This document shows positions 13,966 to 22,800 of a stretch of 62,953 nucleotides of DNA, piece after piece. Source of the DNA: an uncultured Gammaproteobacteria bacterium. Its GTDB lineage: Bacteria; Patescibacteriota; Patescibacteriia; UBA9934. The notes under the pieces were generated by a model. It searched no databases, was not told where the DNA came from, and was given only the letters and a program-made list of their open reading frames with translations. A program made the position numbers and the translations under genes. How positions within the stretch are numbered: position 1 is the first letter of the stretch; the number at the start of each line of letters is the position of its first letter. The DNA lies in assembly GCA_964462325.1 (NCBI GenBank), contig CAYWYQ010000001.1:1-62953 (forward strand). Reading direction: 5' to 3'.

Positions 13966-14204
13966 CCAATGGCATGTCTTTCGTAGGCATTAAATTGCTC
14001 ATTGATTTCTGTGTCCCGGTCCTAGATCTCATGACTGATCATCATTGGTAGATTGAAGATTAGGTTGACTATTAATCCATGGTGAGCTGTTTATGTCACA
14101 TGATATTCCTCCCTAGATGTCATGTATGTCTCGCAATGCTAGACTTTCATAGGCATGTCATTTTTTCCCCCGCCAATCAACCCCTTTTAGAGGGGATTTT
14201 TTTT
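13966..14204 (+). ncRNA. candidate small non-coding RNA (orphan promoter-terminator unit, ~240 nt)
   Basis: Bounded by the promoter above and by CCCCT-TTTAG-AGGGG plus T8 (14181-14204). It holds only short ORFs without an SD. The direct repeat CTTTC(G/A)TAGGCAT lies near both ends. Confidence 0.35.
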
Positions 14205-14205
14205 A

Positions 14206-14214
14206 TGCTAAAAT
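14206..14214 (+). promoter_or_regulatory. extended -10 element TGCTAAAAT upstream of the helicase gene
   Basis: TGnTAAAAT 17 nt before ATG 14232. Confidence 0.4.
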
Positions 14215-14231
14215 AGTCGCACAGAACATGT

Positions 14232-16328
14232 ATGAAAGAATTTATTTTATCAGGAAAAGATTCGATAGGTAACTTAAGGATTGATTATGAGAACGAGTTA
14301 AATGACGAACAGTTACAAGTTGTAAAAGATGGTTCGGGTGCGGCTTTGGTACTCGCAGGTGCCGGTTCAGGAAAAACAAGAACAATTACCTACAGGGTTG
14401 CTTGGCTATTAGAGCATGGAATTACACCGGAAAATATTCTTCTTTTAACGTTTACGAATAAAGCGTCAAGAGAGATGATTGAGCGTGTAGAAGGGCTACT
14501 CGGACAATATCCACGCGGATTATATGCGGGAACATTTCATTCGGTTGCAAATAAATTGCTACGTAAATATGCAACAAGGATTGGTTATGAACCAAATTTT
14601 TCAATATTAAGCGATGAAGATTCGCGTGATCTTATCTCTCTCTGCGTAAAGGATTTAAAGATTGATACAAAAAAACGGCGTTTCCCAAGTGCGAAAATTC
14701 TACAAGGGTATATATCCTATTCGAGAAATAGACAAGATGATTTTGAGTGGTTTATAGAATCTAATCACCCAAAAATGCTCAATATTGTTGGTGAAATGAA
14801 GGCGGTTGCTAATCGGTATGCTGAGCAAAAAAAGCAACAAAATTCAATGGATTTTGATGATTTGCTCATCAGGTTATTGGAGCTGCTGAAGCAAGAAGAA
14901 ATTCTGAATCAATTATCCGGCCAGTTTCAATATGTGCTTGTAGATGAGTTTCAAGATACGAATATTGTACAGGCAAAAATCATCCATCTGCTCTCATCTG
15001 TACATCAGAATATATTAGTGGTTGGCGATGATGCACAGAGTATTTACTCATTTCGCGCTGCAGAAATACGAAATATCCTTGATTTCCCGAATAATTATCA
15101 TGGCTCAAAAACATTTAGACTCACAAAAAATTATCGTTCAACACCACAGATTCTGTCTGTGGCGAATGCGGTGATTACAAACAACACGGAACAGTTTAAA
15201 AAGGAATTGCAGGCGATTCATCATGCAGGTGATTTGCCCCAAGTGATTCCCGCTCGTTCAGGGGCTCAGGAAGCTCAATTTGTTGCAGAAAAAATTCAGG
15301 AGCTTGTTTCGAAGGGTGTATCATATAAGCAAATAGCTGTTTTATTCCGTGCAGCATTTCATTCACAAGCGCTTGAATTTGAATTAATGCGTCGGGACAT
15401 AGCCTATGATTATCGTGGAGGAATGAAGTTTTTTGAGCGTTCTCATGTGAAGGATGTCATTGCACACTTGCGTTTAGTGCATAATGTAAGAGATGGCATG
15501 GCATGGGTCAGGGCTCTTAGGATTCATCCCGGAATTGGATTAGTGACCGCAGGGAATATTGCGGCGCAGGCTGGAATATCCTCATCGGTAAGAGAGGTTG
15601 TTGAATGTATTTCACCAAGAGGAAAAAGGGCGCAATCTGGCTGGGAGGGGTGCAAACGTATACTACAAAAGATTCTTTCGGTCCCAGCAATACCTTCTGA
15701 AATGATTAAGGCTCTTGCTAGCAGTAAGGATTACCAGGCCTATATTGAAAATGAATTTCCAAATTATCAAGATAGACTAGAAGATTTGGAGCAGTTCGCT
15801 ATTTTTGCTGAACAGTTCTCAGACATATCAGATTTTCTTGATGCAGTAAGTTTGACAGATGAACATGGTGCACCGAATCAACAAAAAAGTCAGACGGACG
15901 ATCGCATTATTCTGTCCACGGTGCATCAGTCAAAAGGGCTAGAATGGAATTCGGTATTTGTACTCAATTTGGCAGATGGTGCATTTCCGCATAAGAGAGC
16001 CTATGGTGAGGAAGGGGCGATTGAGGAAGAAAGACGTCTATTCTATGTTGCCGTCACACGAGCAAAGGAACATTTATTTATGTCTTATCCAGTGACAACA
16101 GGTTATGACCATGTTGAAATTCAGCAACCGTCCATGTTTCTAGATGAAATACCGGAACAGATGTATGAAACGATAAAATTAACCCACGCTCGCAATTCAT
16201 TTCAAAGAAAACCAATGTATAATAGGTATGTAGCTCATGAAGAGCCAACCATCGTACTCGATGATATGGGTGAAACAATTTCTAGGCCGGCGCCTAGTTC
16301 ATTTTTAAGAGGTATAGACGAATTATGA
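14232..16328 (+). CDS. UvrD/PcrA/Rep-family (SF1A) ATP-dependent DNA helicase
   Basis: VLAGAGSGKTRT (Walker A), VDEFQDTN, TKNYRST and VHQSKGLEW motifs. Confidence 0.9.
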   Translation: MKEFILSGKDSIGNLRIDYENELNDEQLQVVKDGSGAALVLAGAGSGKTRTITYRVAWLLEHGITPENILLLTFTNKASREMIERVEGLLGQYPRGLYAGTFHSVANKLLRKYATRIGYEPNFSILSDEDSRDLISLCVKDLKIDTKKRRFPSAKILQGYISYSRNRQDDFEWFIESNHPKMLNIVGEMKAVANRYAEQKKQQNSMDFDDLLIRLLELLKQEEILNQLSGQFQYVLVDEFQDTNIVQAKIIHLLSSVHQNILVVGDDAQSIYSFRAAEIRNILDFPNNYHGSKTFRLTKNYRSTPQILSVANAVITNNTEQFKKELQAIHHAGDLPQVIPARSGAQEAQFVAEKIQELVSKGVSYKQIAVLFRAAFHSQALEFELMRRDIAYDYRGGMKFFERSHVKDVIAHLRLVHNVRDGMAWVRALRIHPGIGLVTAGNIAAQAGISSSVREVVECISPRGKRAQSGWEGCKRILQKILSVPAIPSEMIKALASSKDYQAYIENEFPNYQDRLEDLEQFAIFAEQFSDISDFLDAVSLTDEHGAPNQQKSQTDDRIILSTVHQSKGLEWNSVFVLNLADGAFPHKRAYGEEGAIEEERRLFYVAVTRAKEHLFMSYPVTTGYDHVEIQQPSMFLDEIPEQMYETIKLTHARNSFQRKPMYNRYVAHEEPTIVLDDMGETISRPAPSSFLRGIDEL

Positions 16329-16897
16329 AGTATTCCCAACATCATTTTACGAGGCAAAAAACAAAACAAGGTTCTGTGAAAGTGACTGTTATTGTTATTT
16401 TGGCTTTTATTCTTGCGGTATTGCTTGTAATTCTAGGATTAAGGGACATTGGAAACAGAACAATCGAAGAGGAAGTGATTACTACTCAAGAATCAGCACA
16501 GGAAATAAAAGAAGATGTACAGATGAAGGCGCTTGAAACGGTATCATATCCGGTAGAGGAAATTTTATTACATGGATCAGGTGAGTTTTCTGCCTCTGGA
16601 ATTGCAAGACGTGGCATAGAATCAAATATTTTTACACATGTGATCGTAACTGATTTACCGCCGATTAATCAAGATTTCTTTTTCTATGAAGGATGGCTTG
16701 TGATACCCGGTGTGACGGAGTTCTTTTCGACAGGTGTCATGTTCCTGCGTGAGGACGGTAAATGGGGGCTTGTTTTGGAGGAGGATATAACAGCTGGTTA
16801 TGAAGATGTGCTTGATTACAGCCGTGTGATTATAACGCGAGAGCCATTTGACAATGACCCTGCGCCGGATATTCATGTCGCCGAAGGAGATTTTTAA
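16325..16897 (+). CDS. membrane-anchored protein, unknown function
   Basis: Overlaps the helicase stop by 4 nt. Single TM segment (VTVIVILAFILAVLLVILG). The C-terminal domain is not recognised with confidence. Confidence 0.5.
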   Translation: MKYSQHHFTRQKTKQGSVKVTVIVILAFILAVLLVILGLRDIGNRTIEEEVITTQESAQEIKEDVQMKALETVSYPVEEILLHGSGEFSASGIARRGIESNIFTHVIVTDLPPINQDFFFYEGWLVIPGVTEFFSTGVMFLREDGKWGLVLEEDITAGYEDVLDYSRVIITREPFDNDPAPDIHVAEGDF

Positions 16898-16900
16898 GGC

Positions 16901-16984
16901 TTCCGCTTGAAAATTAACGAACTTTGCATTCACTCTTTCCTGTCCTCAACGTTCAAGTAAATTTCATTTAATTTTCTGTACGGG
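16901..16984 (+). repeat. LH element lacking the apex
   Basis: TTCCGCTTGAAAATTAACGAACTTTGCATTCA...CCTCAA|CGTTCAAGTAAATTTCATTTAATTTTCTGTACGG. The central ~40 nt are absent. Confidence 0.6.
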
Positions 16985-16985
16985 A

Positions 16986-17136
16986 TTTCGCTTGAAAATG
17001 GACGATCTGTCGACTCGTTGCGCATCGAAAGGTCTGTACCTCGATCGAGAGGTCGGACCTTGAAATGGACGTTTCAGTACAGCTGCGGGATATCTTCAAG
17101 CTTCATCGACATCTCATTCCATTTTCTGCGCGGACG
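16986..17136 (+). repeat. LH element carrying a nested 50-nt hairpin insertion
   Basis: TTTCGCTTGAAAATGGACG...[17012-17061]...TGAAATGGACGTTTCAGTAC...TCCATTTTCTGCGCGGACGG. Confidence 0.6.
17012..17061 (+). repeat. 50-nt hairpin element (GACTCGTTGC..ATCGAAAGGTC.GTACCTC.ATCGAGAGGTCGGACCTT)
   Basis: Near-identical to 40909-40958. It folds as AAGGTC.G-T-ACCTC / GAGGT-CGGACCTT. Confidence 0.65.
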
Positions 17137-17168
17137 GTTTTGTTGCTGAAAGACATGTCCGACTTTAT

Positions 17169-17211
17169 TCCGGAGGTTCAACCTCCAATATCCGAGGTTC
17201 AACCTCCAATA
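17169..17211. repeat. two tandem 21-22-nt units, each containing GAGGTTCAACCTC
   Basis: TCCGGAGGTTCAACCTCCAATA followed by TCCGAGGTTCAACCTCCAATA. Confidence 0.8.
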
Positions 17212-17244
17212 AAAGCCTTGTATGCCAAGAAATGCTATCACAGT

Positions 17245-17326
17245 GTGTTTATTGATGTTCAGTACAATAAACACATCCGAGGTTCAACCTCGAGGTTGAA
17301 CCTCGGTACGGCGAGGTTGAACCTCG
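17245..17326. repeat. AT-rich hairpin followed by three GAGGTT(C/G)AACCTC palindromes
   Basis: GTGTTTATTG-N10-CAATAAACAC, then CCGAGGTTCAACCTCGAGGTTGAACCTCGG (17277-17306) and GCGAGGTTGAACCTCG (17311-17326). Confidence 0.8.
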
Positions 17327-17350
17327 ATAAGAAGGGTATGTACTTCATAC

Positions 17351-17395
17351 GAGAGGTCGGACCTAAAATAGGAAAGTAGTAGATCGGACCTTTTC
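17351..17395. repeat. AGGTCGGACCT-type motifs
   Basis: GAGAGGTCGGACCTAAAATAGG...GATCGGACCTTTTCGATTGAAAGG. Confidence 0.5.
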
Positions 17396-17494
17396 GATTG
17401 AAAGGCCAGTATTCTAGAGGATGTAGGGCTTACCTCTATCGGCCTGATCCAAATCGTCTGTTATTTTTGCCACCGTGAACCACTCGTATTTTCA

Positions 17495-17503
17495 TGGTAT
17501 AAT
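17495..17503 (+). promoter_or_regulatory. extended -10 promoter element TGGTATAAT
   Basis: Perfect TGnTATAAT 10 nt upstream of ATG 17514, implying a leaderless or near-leaderless mRNA. Confidence 0.55.
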
Positions 17504-17513
17504 TGCCATAAGT

Positions 17514-18251
17514 ATGAAAGTATTTTCGAAGTATGAAAAGGATGGGGAGCAAATCTGTCGCGTACCATTAACGCCGGAAGAAAGAGCATCCCTCGGTGGG
17601 CAAAAAATTCAAACAAGAATGTCAGATATTACTTGGCGAATTTTTCGGATAATGGCAGAATTTGTTGATGGTTTTCAGTTCCTTTCAGGATTAAAAAAGG
17701 AAGTGACGATTTTTGGTTCTGCAAGACTGTCTCCGGATCATGTATCGTATCAAGAGGCGGTAAAACTTGGTTCATTATTGTCGAAGTCGGGATTTACTGT
17801 GGTGACAGGCGGTGGACCAGGAATTATGGAGGCTGCCAATAAAGGAGCATATGAAGCAAATGGAATCTCAGTAGGACTCAATATACAATTACCAGAAGAA
17901 CAAAGGGTTAATCCGTATGTGAACAAATCAAAAGCCTTTCATTACTTCTTTACGAGAAAGGTGATTCTAGCGGCATCTGCTCAGGCCTATGTCTATTTCC
18001 CTGGAGGATTCGGCACAATGGATGAGCTATTTGAAATACTTACCCTTATTCAAACAGAGAAATCTGAACGTATTCCTGTTGTTTTAGTTGGGCATGACTA
18101 TTTTGATGGCTTGATGGAATGGGTGGGAAAAGTTATGTGCGGTGAGTACGATACTATTCATAAGGAAGACTTAAAATTGTTTACCATTGTGGATACGGCG
18201 GAAGAAGCATTCGAGATCATTAAGGGCTCTACCGATAGAACATTCTTTTAA
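17514..18251 (+). CDS. LOG-family (TIGR00730-type) Rossmann-fold nucleotide-binding protein
   Basis: VVTGGGPGIMEAANKGA and PGGFGTMDELFE motifs. ATG 17514 is preferred over the GTG at 17475. Confidence 0.8.
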   Translation: MKVFSKYEKDGEQICRVPLTPEERASLGGQKIQTRMSDITWRIFRIMAEFVDGFQFLSGLKKEVTIFGSARLSPDHVSYQEAVKLGSLLSKSGFTVVTGGGPGIMEAANKGAYEANGISVGLNIQLPEEQRVNPYVNKSKAFHYFFTRKVILAASAQAYVYFPGGFGTMDELFEILTLIQTEKSERIPVVLVGHDYFDGLMEWVGKVMCGEYDTIHKEDLKLFTIVDTAEEAFEIIKGSTDRTFF

Positions 18252-18253
18252 AT

Positions 18254-19828
18254 ATGGCGGAACGAATTTTGCAGCTTGCCGCTGCCATGAAACAACCTGA
18301 TGGACTCGACGCAGGGTCTGGCGAAGAAAAAATCGAGGTGAGTTTACCTGCAAGAAGTGCGGGGACGCTGTATGAGAAAGCTCGAACCGCTATTGATTAT
18401 CAAGAAGAGCATTTACTAAGGCGAAATGCAATTTTACGCATTATTAGACGCTACATGGGGTCGGATTCTACGGTCGCAGAGATTTCAGAACGGTTGCTAC
18501 GCGAATTGATTTGGGCGAAACATTTAGAAAATAAGGAAGTGCCATCTCGCATGGTTCAGGAACTTATTCCTATTTTTGAAAAATATGAACCTCTTCTTCG
18601 AGAAACAGATACATTTGATGAGGTATGGAAGGACAAAGCATTTAAATGGATTCTTGAGATTCTTTCTACAGAAATTGAATATGCGGTTACACCTCCGTAC
18701 CGCGCTGAGGCACTTGTAAGTTTCATGTATGAAGAGATGCGTGAACATATAGAATGGGATCCTCAAATTAAGGTAAGTACAGAAGATAAAGACCTACTTA
18801 TTTATATCGCTGTACATAAAACCCTGCTAAAATCTAACACAGCGACACTGCGATTCCGTGTCATGACCCTGTACTATCCGGACTGGCCGGGACCATCTAC
18901 TGCGGCTCGCATTCAAGAAATAGAGCATTATTTACAGACAGTCATTGAAACGGTCGATAAACAAATCGGGCATCCGATTGTTGATAAGCTTATTGTACAA
19001 TTACGACGAAAAACAGGATTATTCCACACACTTCGTGACATCATTGAACATGATCCAGATGATGTACCACGGTTAATAGAGGATCCTTCGCTTATGGATA
19101 AAGCGGTAGGGAGATTTCTCAAAAAGAGAACGACGAATTTCAGGCGTAGATTGCGCAGAACGGTTTTACGTTCCATTCTCTTCCTATTTATTACCAAAAT
19201 GTTACTTGCACTTATTTTAGAGGCTCCATATGAATTTTGGTATTTGCAAGAAACAAATTATGCGCCGCTTCTGATTAATATTTTCTTCCCGCCGACATTA
19301 CTTGCACTCATTGCTCTCACGACAACCATACCTGAACGGAAAAATACAAAAGATTATCAGGAAGCAACTCGTGCTTTGCTTATTGGTTCTGACCACGAAT
19401 ACATAAATATCCGGATGAAAGCGTCAAGCTTTTCTACATGGAATGTGATATTTAATGTCATTTATGCATTCACATATCTTATTATTTATGGAGGAATCAC
19501 AGTCGTTCTCATAAATCTGCACTTTATATGGCTGTCCATAATGCTCTTCCTATTTTTCTTGTCATTGGTCGCATTCTTTGCCATCCGTATTCGAATGACA
19601 ACAAGAGATATTATTATCTCAAATGCAAGAAGAGGATTTTTTGGAACGATTTTTGATTTCTTTATGATACCGGTCGTACGTGCCGGTCGTTGGCTTTCTG
19701 AAAATGTTTCAAAGATTAATGTATTCATTTATTTCTTCGACTTTATATTGGAAGCGCCTATTAAGGTCGCTATTCGATTCTTTGAGAGTTGGACAGATTA
19801 TATACAAGAAAAACGAGAGGAATTATGA
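18254..19828 (+). CDS. large membrane protein, unknown function
   Basis: ~300-aa soluble N-terminal part followed by about 5 TM helices. No family recognised with confidence. Confidence 0.5.
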   Translation: MAERILQLAAAMKQPDGLDAGSGEEKIEVSLPARSAGTLYEKARTAIDYQEEHLLRRNAILRIIRRYMGSDSTVAEISERLLRELIWAKHLENKEVPSRMVQELIPIFEKYEPLLRETDTFDEVWKDKAFKWILEILSTEIEYAVTPPYRAEALVSFMYEEMREHIEWDPQIKVSTEDKDLLIYIAVHKTLLKSNTATLRFRVMTLYYPDWPGPSTAARIQEIEHYLQTVIETVDKQIGHPIVDKLIVQLRRKTGLFHTLRDIIEHDPDDVPRLIEDPSLMDKAVGRFLKKRTTNFRRRLRRTVLRSILFLFITKMLLALILEAPYEFWYLQETNYAPLLINIFFPPTLLALIALTTTIPERKNTKDYQEATRALLIGSDHEYINIRMKASSFSTWNVIFNVIYAFTYLIIYGGITVVLINLHFIWLSIMLFLFFLSLVAFFAIRIRMTTRDIIISNARRGFFGTIFDFFMIPVVRAGRWLSENVSKINVFIYFFDFILEAPIKVAIRFFESWTDYIQEKREEL

Positions 19829-20838
19829 GAAGAAAAAGGAGGAAAATGGCTATACGTATTCTCTGGATGTTTGCCATCATACTTCTTTTCGGATTCGGAA
19901 CCCTGGTATTCGCCAAGGAAAAACCTCAAAGGATGGGCGCAACCTTCTCAACACATTATGCAGATGAATTGGGAATCGATTGGAAGGACGCATTTACTGA
20001 ATCAGTACAAGATCTAAAAATACAACATTTTCGTATTCCAGTTTATTGGTCTCGAGTACAGGAAAATCAAGATGGTTATTCTTGGGATGAATTAGATTGG
20101 ATCATGAATCAAGCGGAAAAGAATGATTTGAATATAACGATAGCTATTGGGCAAAAAGTTCCACGTTGGCCAGAATGCTTTATTCCGGAATGGGCAGAGG
20201 AATTGCCAGAAGTAGAGTACAGACAATCCTTATCCGTCTTTTTGCAGGAAGTGGTATATCGATATAAGGATTATGAATCTCTAGAGCGTTGGCAGATTGA
20301 AAATGAAGCCTTTTTCCCATTTGGGGATTGTCCAGCGCCAGATGTAGAACAATACCGCATGACCATGGATCTTGTACATTCTATTGATAATGAAACACCA
20401 ATTCAGGTCACAACGAGTGGTGAACAGTCTATTTGGATCAAAAGTGCTCTTGAATCAGATATTGTAGGGGCAAGTTTGTATCGCGAGGTGAAAGATCCAA
20501 ATCTCGGTAACATTACTTTTCCGCACTCTCCATTTTATTATCGAGTACAAGGGTTGATGGCTCGTATGTTTACAGAAAAGATTATTATATCTGAATTACA
20601 GGTTGAACCATGGGGGATACATATGTACCTTGATTCGGATCAAAGCGTATTGAATGCATATGCAAATTTTACAAAGGAGGATTTAACAGCGAATGTTCAA
20701 TTTGCAAAAGCAACTCGGCTTGATGAAGTGTATTTATGGGGAATTGAATGGTGGTATGCCCTGAAGGAAAATGGAGAGAACAGACTTTGGGATCAGGGAA
20801 GAAATATTATTCATCAAGCGAATATGTCCTATGAATAA
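19825..20838 (+). CDS. membrane-anchored TIM-barrel glycoside-hydrolase-like protein
   Basis: The ATG overlaps the previous stop (ATGA). N-terminal anchor, then RIPVYWSRVQ..., WPECFIPEW and WQIENEAF (NE catalytic-like motif). Confidence 0.45.
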   Translation: MRRKRRKMAIRILWMFAIILLFGFGTLVFAKEKPQRMGATFSTHYADELGIDWKDAFTESVQDLKIQHFRIPVYWSRVQENQDGYSWDELDWIMNQAEKNDLNITIAIGQKVPRWPECFIPEWAEELPEVEYRQSLSVFLQEVVYRYKDYESLERWQIENEAFFPFGDCPAPDVEQYRMTMDLVHSIDNETPIQVTTSGEQSIWIKSALESDIVGASLYREVKDPNLGNITFPHSPFYYRVQGLMARMFTEKIIISELQVEPWGIHMYLDSDQSVLNAYANFTKEDLTANVQFAKATRLDEVYLWGIEWWYALKENGENRLWDQGRNIIHQANMSYE

Positions 20839-22225
20839 AAAATTTGATGTTATCGTCATTGGTTCCGGGGCCGCTGGATTTGCTGCCGCGCAAATGATTC
20901 GCGCAGAAGGAAAGTCCGTTTGTGTGATAGAGGGGGGAGCAATTGGAGGTGAATGCCCAAATAATGCATGTATTCCAACAAAGGCTCTCTTACATTCAGC
21001 AAAGAGTTATTACAAAGCAAAAAATCATTTAGCTGATATTGGCGTATATGCACCAAAAGTTTCTTTTCGATTTTCTAAAATCATGAACAATAAAACAAAT
21101 GTGGTTGATTTGGTAACGGGAGAAGGAAAGCGCATTGAAAAACTTGCAAGAAAATTAGGTATAAAAATCATAAAAGGATATGCATCGTTCGTAGGAGTGA
21201 GGACAATTGAGGTGAAGAAAAAGCGCATTTCAGGGAAGGTAATCATTCTCGCAACAGGGGCGACTGATTTTATTCCTCCGATTGCTGGATTGGAAGAGGT
21301 CGACTATTGGACATATAAAGATGCCGTTTCTGCAAAAAAACTGCCGAAGAGTATTGCAATTGTGGGTGCAGGGCCCGTTGGATGTGAATTCGCTACTTTT
21401 TTCAATATGCTCGGTAGTACGGTCACTATGTTACAAATGGCACCACGTATTTTACATCGCGAGGACAAAGCGATTTCGATACAAGCGGAAAAATCATTTA
21501 TGGATAGAGGTGCAACTATTCTGACGAATACGAAAACACTTTCGGTATATTATAAAAATGGAAAAATAGCTGTCACTTATCAGCAGGGAAAGGAAACTCG
21601 GAAAGAAATAGTTGTTGAAAAAGTACTCATTGCGGCGGGGAAAAGGGCAAATATTCAGAACATCAATTTGCAAAAAACAGCGGTAAAAACAGATGAAAAG
21701 GGAAGGCTTATTTTAACAGAGTCCTTACAAACAACAGCGCCACATATTTTTGCCGCTGGTGATGTGACCGGAAAAATGATGTTTACGCATACTGCTCATC
21801 ATGAGGCGCAAATTGTTGCGCATAATGTTTTGGAATTCTTAAAGAAAAAGAATAATTTTATTCAGAGGGACTTGTCAATCGTGCCTCGTGCGACCTTTGT
21901 TGAACCAGAAATTGCTTCTGTCGGGATAACGGAGATGCAAGCAAAGGAACAGAAGATGGACTATCGCGTGGGTACATTTCAAATAGCCAGTCTTGGCAGG
22001 AGCGTAACGGATGATAATCATGCAGGGCTTGTGAAAATTATTATAGATTTGGCATCAAGAAAAATACTTGGTGGACATATTATTGGTCCGCGTGCTGGAG
22101 AGCTCATTCATGAAATCGCACTTGCAATGCACGCCTCTCTTACGGTAGACGCATTAGCAGAAATGCTTCATGCATTTCCAACCTACAGCGAAGCGGTGCT
22201 TGGAGCAGCCTCATCTATTGAATAA
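20831..22225 (+). CDS. class I pyridine nucleotide-disulfide oxidoreductase (dihydrolipoyl dehydrogenase/glutathione reductase family)
   Basis: DVIVIGSGAAGFAAA (FAD), GGECPNNACIPTK (redox CxxxxC), VGAGPVGCEFA (NAD) and a C-terminal dimerisation HAFPTYSE. Confidence 0.8.
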   Translation: MNKKFDVIVIGSGAAGFAAAQMIRAEGKSVCVIEGGAIGGECPNNACIPTKALLHSAKSYYKAKNHLADIGVYAPKVSFRFSKIMNNKTNVVDLVTGEGKRIEKLARKLGIKIIKGYASFVGVRTIEVKKKRISGKVIILATGATDFIPPIAGLEEVDYWTYKDAVSAKKLPKSIAIVGAGPVGCEFATFFNMLGSTVTMLQMAPRILHREDKAISIQAEKSFMDRGATILTNTKTLSVYYKNGKIAVTYQQGKETRKEIVVEKVLIAAGKRANIQNINLQKTAVKTDEKGRLILTESLQTTAPHIFAAGDVTGKMMFTHTAHHEAQIVAHNVLEFLKKKNNFIQRDLSIVPRATFVEPEIASVGITEMQAKEQKMDYRVGTFQIASLGRSVTDDNHAGLVKIIIDLASRKILGGHIIGPRAGELIHEIALAMHASLTVDALAEMLHAFPTYSEAVLGAASSIE

Positions 22226-22227
22226 TT

Positions 22228-22800
22228 ATGTTACATACTTTTATTGTGATCATTCTGATCATAATCCTCATCTTCGTACTTCTTGCGACAGCTGTGTTTA
22301 TGGGATTTGCGGTCAGTATATTTTTAGGCGCACCTTATGTCGGTACGAGTAGCTCTATTGCTGCTTCAATGCTCAAAGCAGCTGATGCTGATGAGAAAGA
22401 CACGGTACTTGATATTGGCTGCGGTCTTGGAAACATTTTACAAACGGCGCTCACGGATTTTCATGTAAGGAAGGTAATAGGGGTCGATATTAATCCCGTG
22501 ATTTTATTTTTTACAAAAATACGTTTTCGACCATGGAGAAAGAGAGCTGAATTTATACGGACGGGAATTAAGGAATTGCCACAATTACCAGAGGTGTCTA
22601 TTGTTGTGGTTTATCTTTTGAAAGGACTGATGAATCAATTGCCTGACATACTTCCAGATCGCATACAGCCAGAGGCTCTTCTTGTATCTCATGGATTTAC
22701 CATTGATGGTATTGAGCCAGAACAGGTCGTGCATACTGGCAGAAGTAAGATTTATATCTATCGCGTTCGAGATATCCAGAGGACAAAAAATGCGATGTGA
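22228..22800 (+). CDS. class I SAM-dependent methyltransferase with an N-terminal TM helix
   Basis: VLDIGCGLGNI motif I preceded by a hydrophobic N-terminus. Confidence 0.65.
   Translation: MLHTFIVIILIIILIFVLLATAVFMGFAVSIFLGAPYVGTSSSIAASMLKAADADEKDTVLDIGCGLGNILQTALTDFHVRKVIGVDINPVILFFTKIRFRPWRKRAEFIRTGIKELPQLPEVSIVVVYLLKGLMNQLPDILPDRIQPEALLVSHGFTIDGIEPEQVVHTGRSKIYIYRVRDIQRTKNAM

Noticed and set aside
17169-17326. Possible CRISPR array formed by the repeated GAGGTTCAACCTC units (also at 48475-48624).
   Set aside because: The repeats are only 13-17 nt. Spacing is irregular (0, 5, 30 and ~70 nt), units occur in both tandem and inverted arrangements, and no cas genes or leader are present.
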